Source of the DNA: an uncultured bacterium
GTDB lineage: Bacteria; Acidobacteriota; Aminicenantia; UBA2199
DNA length: 64,000 nt
Direction of reading: 5' to 3'
Assembly: GCA_942492175.1 (NCBI GenBank)
Contig: CALODR010000009.1
Location: 353,850-417,849, forward strand
In this document: positions 27,300 to 36,255 of the stretch, piece after piece
How the letters are laid out: each line of letters opens with the position of its first letter
Position numbering within the stretch: position 1 is the first letter of the stretch
Position numbers and translations under genes: made by a program
The notes under the pieces: model-generated
The model's database searches: none
Told to the model about the DNA's origin: nothing
Seen by the model: only the letters and a program-made list of their open reading frames with translations

Positions 27300-28276
27300 T
27301 ATTCTCTAAACCTGATGAAGTCAAGAAGACCTCTCAATGAATCTCTATAGTCGGAAGGGGGGAATCTGTTAAGGAATTTCAGGCAATTATTATAATACTC
27401 ATCAACTTTATCATGTGATCTGTCACGGATTTTATATTTGTCAAAAAGCTCTAGCAGTTTTTCACTATTTTCTACTGAAAAATAACCCGTTACATCAATA
27501 CCGGCTGCAGCTTCCTGAAGCAGGATAAAAGGGAGTGTTATTTTCCCTTCCTGAAGGTCTCTGAATCTGTCTTTCCCGGAACTGGTGGAAAAAATATCGA
27601 TAAGGTCATCAATTATTTGGAAGATATTCCCGAAATTAATTCCAAATTCCTGAAATTCTTTTTCAGTCCTTTTGTCTTTGTTGTTCATCACTGCGGCCAT
27701 TTGTGAAACAGCGCCGAAAAGAGAGGATGTTTTTCTCTTTATCACCTCCAGGTAAGTTTCCAGTTTGACACTATAGTTGAAGTTATTGTCAATTTCCTGA
27801 AGCTGTCCCTCCACCATGATCTGCGTCGCCTCCAGAAGGATGTCCATCAGTACCGGTTTTCTTATATTGTTCATCAGGTTCAATGAATTTACAAAGAGAA
27901 AATCCCCACCAAGCACAGATATCAGGTTGCCCTGCTCATTGTTCAGGGTACTTTCTCCCCTCCTCAGTACCGCATTATCAATAATGTCATCGTGTATCAG
28001 ACTTGAAAGGTGGAAGAGTTCGATCGAAGATGCTATGACCGGCAGGTCTTCTGAAATTTTGCCGGAAGCACCTCCAAGAAGAAACAGAAGTGTGGACCTG
28101 ACTTTTTTCCCTTTTGAAACAGGGACTATCGACTTGATCTGATTAATGAGGTTCACATCGCTGTTAATTGCTGAACTGAGAATTGATGTGGTTTTGTCCA
28201 GCATACTTTGAACAGGGGCTTGTATTTCTTCTAAAATCATTTGAGATAGTTTATCATCCATTGAAATATTTTGCAA
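27296..28276 (-). CDS. polyprenyl diphosphate synthase (trans-isoprenyl diphosphate synthase family)
   Basis: First DDxxD 'LIHDDIIDNAVLRRG' and second 'FQIIDDLIDIF' aspartate-rich motifs; overlaps the downstream gene by 4 nt. Confidence 0.85.
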   Translation of the reverse strand: MQNISMDDKLSQMILEEIQAPVQSMLDKTTSILSSAINSDVNLINQIKSIVPVSKGKKVRSTLLFLLGGASGKISEDLPVIASSIELFHLSSLIHDDIIDNAVLRRGESTLNNEQGNLISVLGGDFLFVNSLNLMNNIRKPVLMDILLEATQIMVEGQLQEIDNNFNYSVKLETYLEVIKRKTSSLFGAVSQMAAVMNNKDKRTEKEFQEFGINFGNIFQIIDDLIDIFSTSSGKDRFRDLQEGKITLPFILLQEAAAGIDVTGYFSVENSEKLLELFDKYKIRDRSHDKVDEYYNNCLKFLNRFPPSDYRDSLRGLLDFIRFREY

Positions 28277-28305
28277 TTTGAAACTGCTCCAATTATAATG
28301 ATCGG

Positions 28306-28722
28306 ATGATCTATTCCGGTCAGATTAATATCAGCACTCAGGGAGATAATGAGATAGTTGATATTACAGGAGATGTCAGGACCCTTTTAAGCGAATCGGG
28401 AGTGTTAAATGGGACTTTGCTTGTGTTTGTCCCGGGAGCAACCGGAGCTGTAACTACTATAGAATTTGAAACTGGACTAATTAATGATCTTCCGTTGCTT
28501 ATGGAGAGCCTGATACCGGAAAGATTCTCTTATTCTCACAATGAAACATGGGGTGACGGGAACGGCCATTCCCATCTGAGGTCATCACTGATAGGGCCCT
28601 CCCTGACAATACCTGTAATCGGAGGCGAACCTGTTCTCGGGACCTGGCAGCAGATAGTTTTTCTGGAGTTTGACAACAAACCCCATGAGCGGAAGCTGGT
28701 AGTTCAGATATCGGGAGAATAA
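28306..28722 (+). CDS. YjbQ/UPF0047 family protein (secondary thiamine-phosphate synthase-like)
   Basis: 'HNETWGDGNGHSHLRSSLIGPSLTIPVIGGEPVLGTWQQIVFLEFD' conserved core. Confidence 0.7.
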   Translation: MIYSGQINISTQGDNEIVDITGDVRTLLSESGVLNGTLLVFVPGATGAVTTIEFETGLINDLPLLMESLIPERFSYSHNETWGDGNGHSHLRSSLIGPSLTIPVIGGEPVLGTWQQIVFLEFDNKPHERKLVVQISGE

Positions 28723-28789
28723 TCAAAACCATCCTTGACAATATCCGTTTTTTTCCATATATTTATTATTCAGAACAAAGGAGAAATTA

Positions 28790-30250
28790 ATGGATAATGT
28801 TTCCCATGAAAAAACAAAAGATATTTTAAAATGGTTTGAAGAAATAACCAGAATACCCAGATGCTCAAAGAAAGAAGATAAGATAGTTAACTATCTCATT
28901 GAATGGTCAAAAGAGAACGGGTTTGAATATAAGATTGATGATGTCCAGAATCTTGTAATTAAAGTCCCTGCATCTGCAGGCAAGGAAAACTCTCCAGTGG
29001 TTGTTATTCAGGGCCATATGGATATGGTTTGTGAAAAAACCCCCGATTCAGATCACGATTTTACTAAAGATCCCATAAAACTTGTTTATGATGGCGACTG
29101 GCTTACTGCGGACAGGACAACATTAGGTGCGGATAATGGTATTGCGATCGCAATGGCAATGGCAGCTGCACTTGATAAAGACCTTGTTCACCCTCCGCTG
29201 GAACTCCTTTTCACTGTGGATGAAGAGACCGGACTGACAGGAGCAAATGCTCTCCAACCCGGATTTATTGAAGGGAAACTGCTTATAAATGTGGACTCTG
29301 AAGATGAAGGTGTTTTCACGGTCGGCTGTGCAGGAGGAATCAATACTGACCTTACGCTTCCTGTGGACCAGGAGAATACGCCGTCAGGATACGGAACATT
29401 CAAACTGCTTACAGGCGGAATGAAGGGAGGCCATTCAGGAATAGACATAGCTCTGGAAAAAGCCAATGCGATCAAAGTTCTTGCAAGGACTCTTACCTCG
29501 ATCGTTGATGCAGGATATGATGTTTTTCTTACAAATATTAAAGGTGGAAGTGCCCATAATGCGATTCCGAGGGATGCTGAGTCAGAACTTCTGATCAAAG
29601 AAAATGATCTTGAAAAGATCAAATCGATTGTAAGTGATGATGAACAGACAATCAGGTTTGAGCATGCTTCAACTGATCCGGATCTCGAGATCAAATTGGA
29701 TAAGGTGGACGACACTTCTGAAACCAAGGCAGTTAATTCCGCCGGGATAAAAAAGTTATGTGATTTTGTACTTGCTATTCCCCATGGTGTTTTTGCTATG
29801 TCGACAGATATAGATGATCTGGTGGAAACATCCAATAACCTGGCAAATATTAAGCTTGAGGATGGCAAAGTGAAGATTCTGACAAGTCAGAGGAGCTCAC
29901 TTGTTTCAAGGCTCGATAATTTAACGAACAGTATTGAGGCAATAGCCAGACTGGCAGGTGGTGAAGGGAAAAGCAGTGACGGTTATCCCCCGTGGGAACC
30001 TAACATGGACTCTCTCCTGCTCGACAAGAGTGTGAAATTATATGAAAAAATGTATAACAAGAAACCGGTTGTTGAGGTAATTCATGCAGGACTTGAATGC
30101 GGTATTATCGGAGATAAAAATCCTGGAATGGATATGATCTCGATAGGACCTACTTTAAAATATCCCCATAGCCCGGACGAGAAGGTCCATATTGGAACTG
30201 TAGGCCTGGTATGGGACTTCATGGCTGAACTTATTAAGGAGCTTGCCTAG
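28790..30250 (+). CDS. pepD: Xaa-His dipeptidase / aminoacyl-histidine dipeptidase (M20 family)
   Basis: 486 aa; 'VIQGHMDMVCEK', 'GADNGIAIA', 'TVDEETG' M20 metal-ligand motifs. Confidence 0.8.
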   Translation: MDNVSHEKTKDILKWFEEITRIPRCSKKEDKIVNYLIEWSKENGFEYKIDDVQNLVIKVPASAGKENSPVVVIQGHMDMVCEKTPDSDHDFTKDPIKLVYDGDWLTADRTTLGADNGIAIAMAMAAALDKDLVHPPLELLFTVDEETGLTGANALQPGFIEGKLLINVDSEDEGVFTVGCAGGINTDLTLPVDQENTPSGYGTFKLLTGGMKGGHSGIDIALEKANAIKVLARTLTSIVDAGYDVFLTNIKGGSAHNAIPRDAESELLIKENDLEKIKSIVSDDEQTIRFEHASTDPDLEIKLDKVDDTSETKAVNSAGIKKLCDFVLAIPHGVFAMSTDIDDLVETSNNLANIKLEDGKVKILTSQRSSLVSRLDNLTNSIEAIARLAGGEGKSSDGYPPWEPNMDSLLLDKSVKLYEKMYNKKPVVEVIHAGLECGIIGDKNPGMDMISIGPTLKYPHSPDEKVHIGTVGLVWDFMAELIKELA

Positions 30251-30252
30251 AA

Positions 30253-31308
30253 TTATTTAACTCCCTGTCTCTGGTTGAGAAGGTTTTTCGCAAATTTCAT
30301 TACAACCGGATTTGCGTTTCTATCCCTTGACAGAACCACCAGATCTCTATGATGAAGATTTCTGGTTAAACGCATGGCCTCGGTTACCGGGGTTTTCGGG
30401 TTATGTACAAGTCCCTGAACGACAGGATATTTTTTTGTCCACTCTTTGCTTTTTGCTATTTTACCGATAAATTCTTTGTCTATACTTTTAATCTTAAGGA
30501 AGATCAATATCTCATCTTCAGATATTTTCGGACTTCCCAACACTGCTTTCACAACGACTTTGCTCGGATCTCTGAGCAATATCATCCGTTCGGTTTTTGT
30601 CCCTTCAAGAGCAAGCTTAACTTTGTCAGGCAGTTTCATGTTATTTATCTTCTGGAGAGTTGAGAGGGTTTTTTCTTCGACTGTTATTTCAGCAAGCCAA
30701 TTATCTTCATCAACCTTTTCAAGGATCTCTTTGATTTCAGCTGAATCAGCTATATCCTGAAGATCTTCAAGAATTTCTTCTTTCAGGATGGGTTTGATTT
30801 CCTCTTGCTGAAGGTAATATTCTCTTATTTCGCTTATCTTACCTTTGATAAACGAGTCTGCAGAAGCGTTCTTCTCGATAGCTTCCATAATTTCAGGGTA
30901 AGCTATCATTTTGATCTGGTTCTCAAGAAGGGCTGTCAGGACAATATAAGAACCCTGCTCTGCTATCATCATAAGGATGTCAACCGGAAGGGCCTGGTTA
31001 TTAACAGCAGCTATCATGATTTCATTATCTTCTGTGTGAAGTGCATTTGTCAGGATAAATCTGGCAACGTTGTGATTGGCTTCCTTTTTCTTTATATATG
31101 TAAGTTTCACGGAAGGGGGAATTTTTACAAAATTTTCTCCCGCTCTATTGCTGTAATTTTTTTTCGGAATTACGAATACAAGTGTTTCGAGGTATTCTTC
31201 ATCTCTCAGAGGGAGATTCTTTGAAAGAAGTAGTTCAAGGAGTTCTTCTCCGGGATTTCCATTAACGATCTTCTCAACGATCGGATCTTTTGATATCAGG
31301 GGTTCCAA
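30253..31308 (-). CDS. hypothetical protein (helical-repeat-like)
   Basis: No recognised motif; overlaps the upstream RodZ-like gene by 13 nt. Confidence 0.4.
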   Translation of the reverse strand: MEPLISKDPIVEKIVNGNPGEELLELLLSKNLPLRDEEYLETLVFVIPKKNYSNRAGENFVKIPPSVKLTYIKKKEANHNVARFILTNALHTEDNEIMIAAVNNQALPVDILMMIAEQGSYIVLTALLENQIKMIAYPEIMEAIEKNASADSFIKGKISEIREYYLQQEEIKPILKEEILEDLQDIADSAEIKEILEKVDEDNWLAEITVEEKTLSTLQKINNMKLPDKVKLALEGTKTERMILLRDPSKVVVKAVLGSPKISEDEILIFLKIKSIDKEFIGKIAKSKEWTKKYPVVQGLVHNPKTPVTEAMRLTRNLHHRDLVVLSRDRNANPVVMKFAKNLLNQRQGVK

Positions 31309-32033
31309 TTTATTATCCTGTCGATTGTTCCAGGTGTGATCTTAACAATAGCAGTCCCGGAAAAATTTTTATATTTCAAAGTTTTTTTCCCATTTATAAT
31401 AATATCAACAACGGATGGGTTGCCAATTATAAGCTGGAACTCATATCCCCTTATATTAAAATTCTCACCTGAAAGAAAAACTTTCTCCTTGATTATCTCC
31501 CTGCCCCTCGAAATTCTTACCCAGCAATCTTCCGAAAATTGAAGATCAATATTGATCGGAGAGAAATCCGGTTCATATTCAGGAATTCCCGTAAATGAAA
31601 CTCCTGTTTCGGGAAGGGTTATTTCCTCCGGTTCGAAGAATGAAAAAAGAAGTCCTTTGTTGATAAATGTCAGATATATAATAACGGCAAGGATAATGCC
31701 GATGATCAATCCTTTGATAATCAGTTTTCTATTCCTGAACTTGCTATACCTGAGCCCGGTCATAGATTTAATAAGTTGATTATTATCTTTTTCTTTAAAA
31801 AAAACCAGTTCTTCTGAAAATTCAGAATAGAATCTCTCTCTGTCTATCTCAAGAAAATCGAGATAATTATTAAGAAAATTTGTAAAATAAAATGAACTGC
31901 TGAAAAAATCGAAGTTTTCATTCTCAAGTGCGTTAAGGACATTTTCATTCAGAGATGTGTGCAGAACAACGTACTCTGATGTTATACCCTTATTCCTTCT
32001 CCTCTCCCTGAGGTAATTTCCAAAATTTCCCAT
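31296..32033 (-). CDS. rodZ: RodZ-like protein (N-terminal HTH, TM, C-terminal DUF4115-like domain)
   Basis: 'LRERRRNKGITSEYVVLHTSLNENVLNALENENFD' HTH; TM 'GLIIGIILAVIIYLTFI'; C-terminal 'LIIGNPSVVDIIINGK'. Confidence 0.5.
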   Translation of the reverse strand: MGNFGNYLRERRRNKGITSEYVVLHTSLNENVLNALENENFDFFSSSFYFTNFLNNYLDFLEIDRERFYSEFSEELVFFKEKDNNQLIKSMTGLRYSKFRNRKLIIKGLIIGIILAVIIYLTFINKGLLFSFFEPEEITLPETGVSFTGIPEYEPDFSPINIDLQFSEDCWVRISRGREIIKEKVFLSGENFNIRGYEFQLIIGNPSVVDIIINGKKTLKYKNFSGTAIVKITPGTIDRIINWNP

Positions 32034-32122
32034 TATTCCCTATATTTTAGTAAATAAATTTATTATGTCAATGATACTTATTCCGGAAAACGTAAATTTA
32101 TTTTTTGAATCTTGAACCGCAC

Positions 32123-32152
32123 TTGACAAGATGCAATTGTTAAAATTATAAT
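32123..32152 (+). promoter_or_regulatory. sigma-70-like promoter (TTGACA, 18 nt spacer, TATAAT) with AGGAGG RBS 10 nt before the ATG at 32178
   Basis: TTGACA at 32123-32128, TATAAT at 32147-32152, AGGAGG at 32163-32168. Confidence 0.55.
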
Positions 32153-32177
32153 CTACCAAACCAGGAGGAGATGTAAG

Positions 32178-33029
32178 ATGAAAAGGAAAATTTCGTTTTT
32201 ATTATGGCTGATAGCATTTTTTCTTACTGTAACCATTGTTTTATATCAGAGGATGACGGGACCGACATATCCGATCAAAGGAACAGAACAAATTGGAACG
32301 GCCGGGATCAGCTATAAATTATTAAGGAGTCATACATCTTTCGAATTACTTCCTGTTGAAGTGAAGTCGAATGATCCTGGTGTGACCGGATTTGTAAAAT
32401 ACAGAAGGTATAAAAGTAATGATGACTGGACAGAAATAGAGATGAAAAGAGGAGATGGATCGCTCATTGCAGAACTCCCCGGGCAGCCGAGTGCAGGAAA
32501 GGTCGAGTATACAATCAAAATTCATCATGGAGAGAATGATCTTATCCTTAACAATGGCAGAACAATAATTGCCAGATTCAAGGATAAGGTCCCGGCAATA
32601 TTTCTGATTCTACATATAATTTTTATGATATTAAGCTTCCTTTTTGCTATCAGGACGGGACTTGAGGCTCTAAGGAAGAACGGGAATTATATGAGACTTG
32701 TTAATTGGACTCTCGGTATTGTTTTTGTTGGAGGAATGATACTCGGCCCGATAGTTCAGAAATATGCTTTCGGTGATTTCTGGACAGGAATCCCTTTCGG
32801 AACCGATCTTACAGACAACAAAACACTTTTTGCTTTTATTTTCTGGATTGCGGCATTTTTTCTTAAAAGGAAAAGTAAGTGGTGGGTATTCGCAGCTACG
32901 ATAATGATGATCGTTGTATATCTGATACCTCACTCCACACTTGGATCTGAATTGGATTATACTACCGGGCAATTGAAAAACAAGTATTCAAATGTATTGA
33001 TAATCAAAGGGCCGGAAGGGATAACCTGA
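32178..33029 (+). CDS. hypothetical integral membrane protein (1 plus 4 TM, ~130-aa extracytoplasmic domain)
   Basis: Hydrophobic segments; no family recognised. Confidence 0.45.
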   Translation: MKRKISFLLWLIAFFLTVTIVLYQRMTGPTYPIKGTEQIGTAGISYKLLRSHTSFELLPVEVKSNDPGVTGFVKYRRYKSNDDWTEIEMKRGDGSLIAELPGQPSAGKVEYTIKIHHGENDLILNNGRTIIARFKDKVPAIFLILHIIFMILSFLFAIRTGLEALRKNGNYMRLVNWTLGIVFVGGMILGPIVQKYAFGDFWTGIPFGTDLTDNKTLFAFIFWIAAFFLKRKSKWWVFAATIMMIVVYLIPHSTLGSELDYTTGQLKNKYSNVLIIKGPEGIT

Positions 33030-33034
33030 CAAAA

Positions 33035-33292
33035 TTATTGTTCAGGTTCTCTTGAAATAACACCTTTTTCTATAAGGATATCCACCTGTTTGTTGACAGC
33101 TTCCGCATAACGTAGGAAATGGGGAATTGTCAGGTGAAGATATGAGTGGACTTTAACAGTATTCGGGTCTTTAACATCCCTGACGCCCAAACCCATGCAG
33201 ACCTCCTCAGGATTGATGTTAAATGAGATAAGGTTGGTAAAAAGATTTACTGCTTCATCATCTAAAATTGTCAGTTTATCATTTTCAGCCAT
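33035..33292 (-). CDS. DUF3467-like small protein
   Basis: 85 aa; 'NLFTNLISFNINPEEV...LTIPHFLRYAEAVNKQV' resembles the DUF3467 pattern. Confidence 0.45.
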   Translation of the reverse strand: MAENDKLTILDDEAVNLFTNLISFNINPEEVCMGLGVRDVKDPNTVKVHSYLHLTIPHFLRYAEAVNKQVDILIEKGVISREPEQ

Positions 33293-33304
33293 TTAATGCT
33301 CCCA

Positions 33305-33985
33305 TCAGCTGCAGCTTTTCTTCTCGAGTTTTTTCAGATGCTTGTATAACCTGATCTCATCATCAGTGAGAACAATGCCGCTGTTCTCCTGGGTCCTGTG
33401 GCCTTTCTTCATTACATCAAGATTAACATTGAGCCCGAGTTTTTTAAACCCTTTTTTCACACTTTCTCTCCCTTCTATAATTGATTCATAGCTGATAACA
33501 ATACTTTTCGGTATGTTTTCATGAGCAGCAATAAGAGCATTGTTATTCTCGAACCAGCTTAACTTGAATTGTGATATCCCTCTCCTGAACATACTGGATT
33601 TCACATCGGAAGGGTTTCTGTAGATGAATACAACTCTCATGTTTTTTGCTATATGGCTGTAGAAAAAAATTGCCGGTATATGAACTATCTTCAGGCCGGT
33701 CAGGCCTGATGTGGAGTTTAGAGTCTTTACAACTTTGTTCAGCTCCAGAATATTTTTGTCGGTCATTGCTTCATCGATTAGTGATTTTTCCAGTTCCTTC
33801 GCATCTGCCATCTCAAAATATCCCTCTTTATTGTAGATATCAGAGCCCAGGTCAGACGGAAATGAAACACCTGAGCTCTCAACCAGCTGGCATGCCAGTG
33901 AGGTCCCGCTTCTCGGATGTCCTGCAACTATAATTCCGTTCTTAAGTATAAGCGGAGCTACTTCTTTTTTCTTTTTTTCAGCCAT
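33305..33985 (-). CDS. sulfotransferase-family protein (P-loop 'GHPRSGTS')
   Basis: N-terminal 5'-PSB-like motif 'AGHPRSGTSLACQL'; 226 aa. Confidence 0.5.
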   Translation of the reverse strand: MAEKKKKEVAPLILKNGIIVAGHPRSGTSLACQLVESSGVSFPSDLGSDIYNKEGYFEMADAKELEKSLIDEAMTDKNILELNKVVKTLNSTSGLTGLKIVHIPAIFFYSHIAKNMRVVFIYRNPSDVKSSMFRRGISQFKLSWFENNNALIAAHENIPKSIVISYESIIEGRESVKKGFKKLGLNVNLDVMKKGHRTQENSGIVLTDDEIRLYKHLKKLEKKSCS

Positions 33986-34067
33986 TTATTGTTCCTCCAT
34001 TGAGATAATATTCTGAATTAAGGGATAATTATACGATATTTGTTCTGTTTGACAAAATAACACTTAT

Positions 34068-34973
34068 TTAATGGTCAGATAATAATTGTCCCTGCCGGAG
34101 ATCCAGATCTTCCATCCGTTTGTGAATTTCATTTATTACTTTCACTTTGTCTGCAGCCCATTCGGGGGCGTGGAATATTTCAGAATCCCTGTCTCCAGTA
34201 AGCCGGTGTACGACAATCTCCTCATCAAGTGTAGTCAGAAGTTCAACTATTATGTCAATGTATTCATCTTTTTCCATTAGTTTTATTTCGCCTTTCTTGA
34301 ACATATTAAACAACTTAGTATTTTTGAGAACATGGAGTAAGTGAAATTTTATCCCGGCCGGCTTTATCCGGTTCATTTCCCTCACAGTAGCCATCATATC
34401 AGCTTTGCTCTCTCCCGGAATACCGATAATGAGGTGAACTATCACATCTATACCCGAAGATTTTAGTCTGTCAAAAGTGTTTATGAATTGTTCATAAGAG
34501 TGGTTCCGGTTCAGAATGTCAAGACTCTTAGCATGGATAGATTGGAGTCCCAACTCAACTGAAAGGTAGGTTTTGTCAGCAAGTTTTTCAAGAACCGGGT
34601 AGATATTTTCAGCAATTGAATCCGGCCTGGTCCCGATGAACAGTCCCACAATATCTTTATATTCAAATGGTATACTATATTTCTCTTCAAGCTCTTCCTT
34701 TGAAGCATATGTGTTTGTATGTGCCTGATAATATGCAATAAATTTTTTCCCTTTATTTGCAGATGTGAATATTTCGATCTGTTTACGGATAGGTTGAGTA
34801 AATGTGGAGATCGGTCCTGAGCCGTATTTATCACAGAAAATACAGCCTTCATCAGATATATCCCCGTTTTTATTAGGGCAGGGGAATCCGGCATTGATAG
34901 GAATTTTTCTGATCTTCTCACCAGGGAACCTTGTTTTCAGAAACGAACTGAATGAATTATACCTGGACTTCAT
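34068..34973 (-). CDS. radical SAM protein, TIGR01212 (YhcC-like) family
   Basis: 'INAGFPCPNKNGDISDEGCIFCD' characteristic CPN...C.FC cluster motif. Confidence 0.7.
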   Translation of the reverse strand: MKSRYNSFSSFLKTRFPGEKIRKIPINAGFPCPNKNGDISDEGCIFCDKYGSGPISTFTQPIRKQIEIFTSANKGKKFIAYYQAHTNTYASKEELEEKYSIPFEYKDIVGLFIGTRPDSIAENIYPVLEKLADKTYLSVELGLQSIHAKSLDILNRNHSYEQFINTFDRLKSSGIDVIVHLIIGIPGESKADMMATVREMNRIKPAGIKFHLLHVLKNTKLFNMFKKGEIKLMEKDEYIDIIVELLTTLDEEIVVHRLTGDRDSEIFHAPEWAADKVKVINEIHKRMEDLDLRQGQLLSDH

Positions 34974-35331
34974 CTAATATCGATTTTATTTTGGAATGGA
35001 GATCATTAAGATCGAATGGTTTTTTTGCAAAATATTTCACATTCGGGTCTTTCATCATATCAAAGATCTCATTTTCGTCATAGACACCGGACACCAGGAT
35101 GATAGGTGTTATGAAGTTATGTCCTTTCATTTTTATCAGATCCATCCCATGCTCACCCGGAAGAAGAGCATCTATTATTAAAATGTCGAAACTTTTGTTC
35201 CGAAGTATCTCTGCAGCGGACCTGCCGTCCTCTGCTACTGTGATAACATATCCTTTTCCTTCAAGAAATTTCTTCAAAAGGGTCCGGATATCATATTCGT
35301 CCTCAACTATTAAAATTTCTTTTTTTGTCAT
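34957..35331 (-). CDS. single-domain response regulator (CheY-like receiver); the likely start is the internal ATG at 35331
   Basis: 'ILIVEDEYDIRTLL...DILIIDALLPGEHGMDLI' receiver motifs with phospho-acceptor Asp. Confidence 0.75.
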   Translation of the reverse strand: MTKKEILIVEDEYDIRTLLKKFLEGKGYVITVAEDGRSAAEILRNKSFDILIIDALLPGEHGMDLIKMKGHNFITPIILVSGVYDENEIFDMMKDPNVKYFAKKPFDLNDLHSKIKSILDEVQV

Positions 35332-35870
35332 GTTTCCCTCAAATATACAAACAAATATTCTATCCATGACCACAGCAGAAAGTTCAGTGTAAATATAGAT
35401 ACGAACTTTTTTAAAAGGTCAATATCGGATCCCGGGTTCATCCCTACAATATAAAGAAAAATGAGAAAACTCAGACTGGCAAATGCTATCTTTCCTATGA
35501 TTATAGACGGCTTGATCTCCCTGCTTTTCCTGTAGATAAAGAAGCTTGCAAGAAGGATCAGGAAATCTCTCAGAAAAATAGGGGCTGCTATCCAGAGTGG
35601 GAAATCTGTTTTAATAATTAGAGCTATCAGGATAAAGAACATCAACAATTTGTCAGCTACAGGGTCAAGAATCCTTCCCATATCTGTTTCCATGGAATAC
35701 CGTCTTGCAATGTATCCGTCAAGAAAATCGAATAAAATGGAAAAGAAGTATACTGCAATAAGCAAGCAGTAATTTCCGGGTGTAGAGTAGATGATCAGAA
35801 CAAAAATCGGTGCTATAAGGAGAATCCTCATAATGCTCAATGTATTAGGTATGTTCAGAATAAACCGCAT
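35328..35870 (-). CDS. pgsA: CDP-diacylglycerol--glycerol-3-phosphate 3-phosphatidyltransferase (CDP-alcohol phosphatidyltransferase)
   Basis: 'DFLDGYIARRYSMETDMGRILDPVADKLL' D-G-x2-A-R...G-x3-D-x3-D motif. The start is probably the internal 'MRFILNIPNTL' at 35870; the ORF track extends to 35972. Confidence 0.8.
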   Translation of the reverse strand: MRFILNIPNTLSIMRILLIAPIFVLIIYSTPGNYCLLIAVYFFSILFDFLDGYIARRYSMETDMGRILDPVADKLLMFFILIALIIKTDFPLWIAAPIFLRDFLILLASFFIYRKSREIKPSIIIGKIAFASLSFLIFLYIVGMNPGSDIDLLKKFVSIFTLNFLLWSWIEYLFVYLRET

Positions 35871-35983
35871 AGAAAAAATATAATATAATAATTCATTTAA
35901 ATCAATATTAAATGGACTTTGATTTCCAAAAAGGCATTCAGGATAGAACTTTCCAGCATCAATATTGACCATGGAATAAAAAA

Positions 35984-36244
35984 GTGTTAAATATAATTAT
36001 ACTGATTAGAGGTGAAATAATGATTATTGGTGAAATCGAAAGAAATGATACGGAAAGACTCAGAGTTGAAGCAAGTAATTACAAAGGGTCGGATTTCATT
36101 TCCGTGAGGATCTATTACCTCGCCGACAACGGAGAATGGAGACCAACGAAAAAGGGGATAACTGTAAAACCGGACAAAGTTGAGGAACTGATTGGATTCC
36201 TTACAGAAGGGAAAAGCAAGATCGATAAAAAAGAGATTGAATAG
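35984..36244 (+). CDS. small PC4/YdbC-like putative ssDNA-binding protein
   Basis: 86 aa; 'RLRVEASNYKGSDFISVRIYYLADNGEWRPTKKGITVKPDKVEELIGFL' resembles the bacterial PC4-like fold family. Confidence 0.35.
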   Translation: MLNIIILIRGEIMIIGEIERNDTERLRVEASNYKGSDFISVRIYYLADNGEWRPTKKGITVKPDKVEELIGFLTEGKSKIDKKEIE

Positions 36245-36255
36245 GGGGACCCTGA

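Noticed and set aside
34957-35373. Response regulator start at 35373 overlapping pgsA
   Set aside because: The internal ATG at 35331 gives 'MTKKEILIVEDE...', a canonical receiver N-terminus. It abuts the pgsA stop exactly, so the longer form is probably not used.
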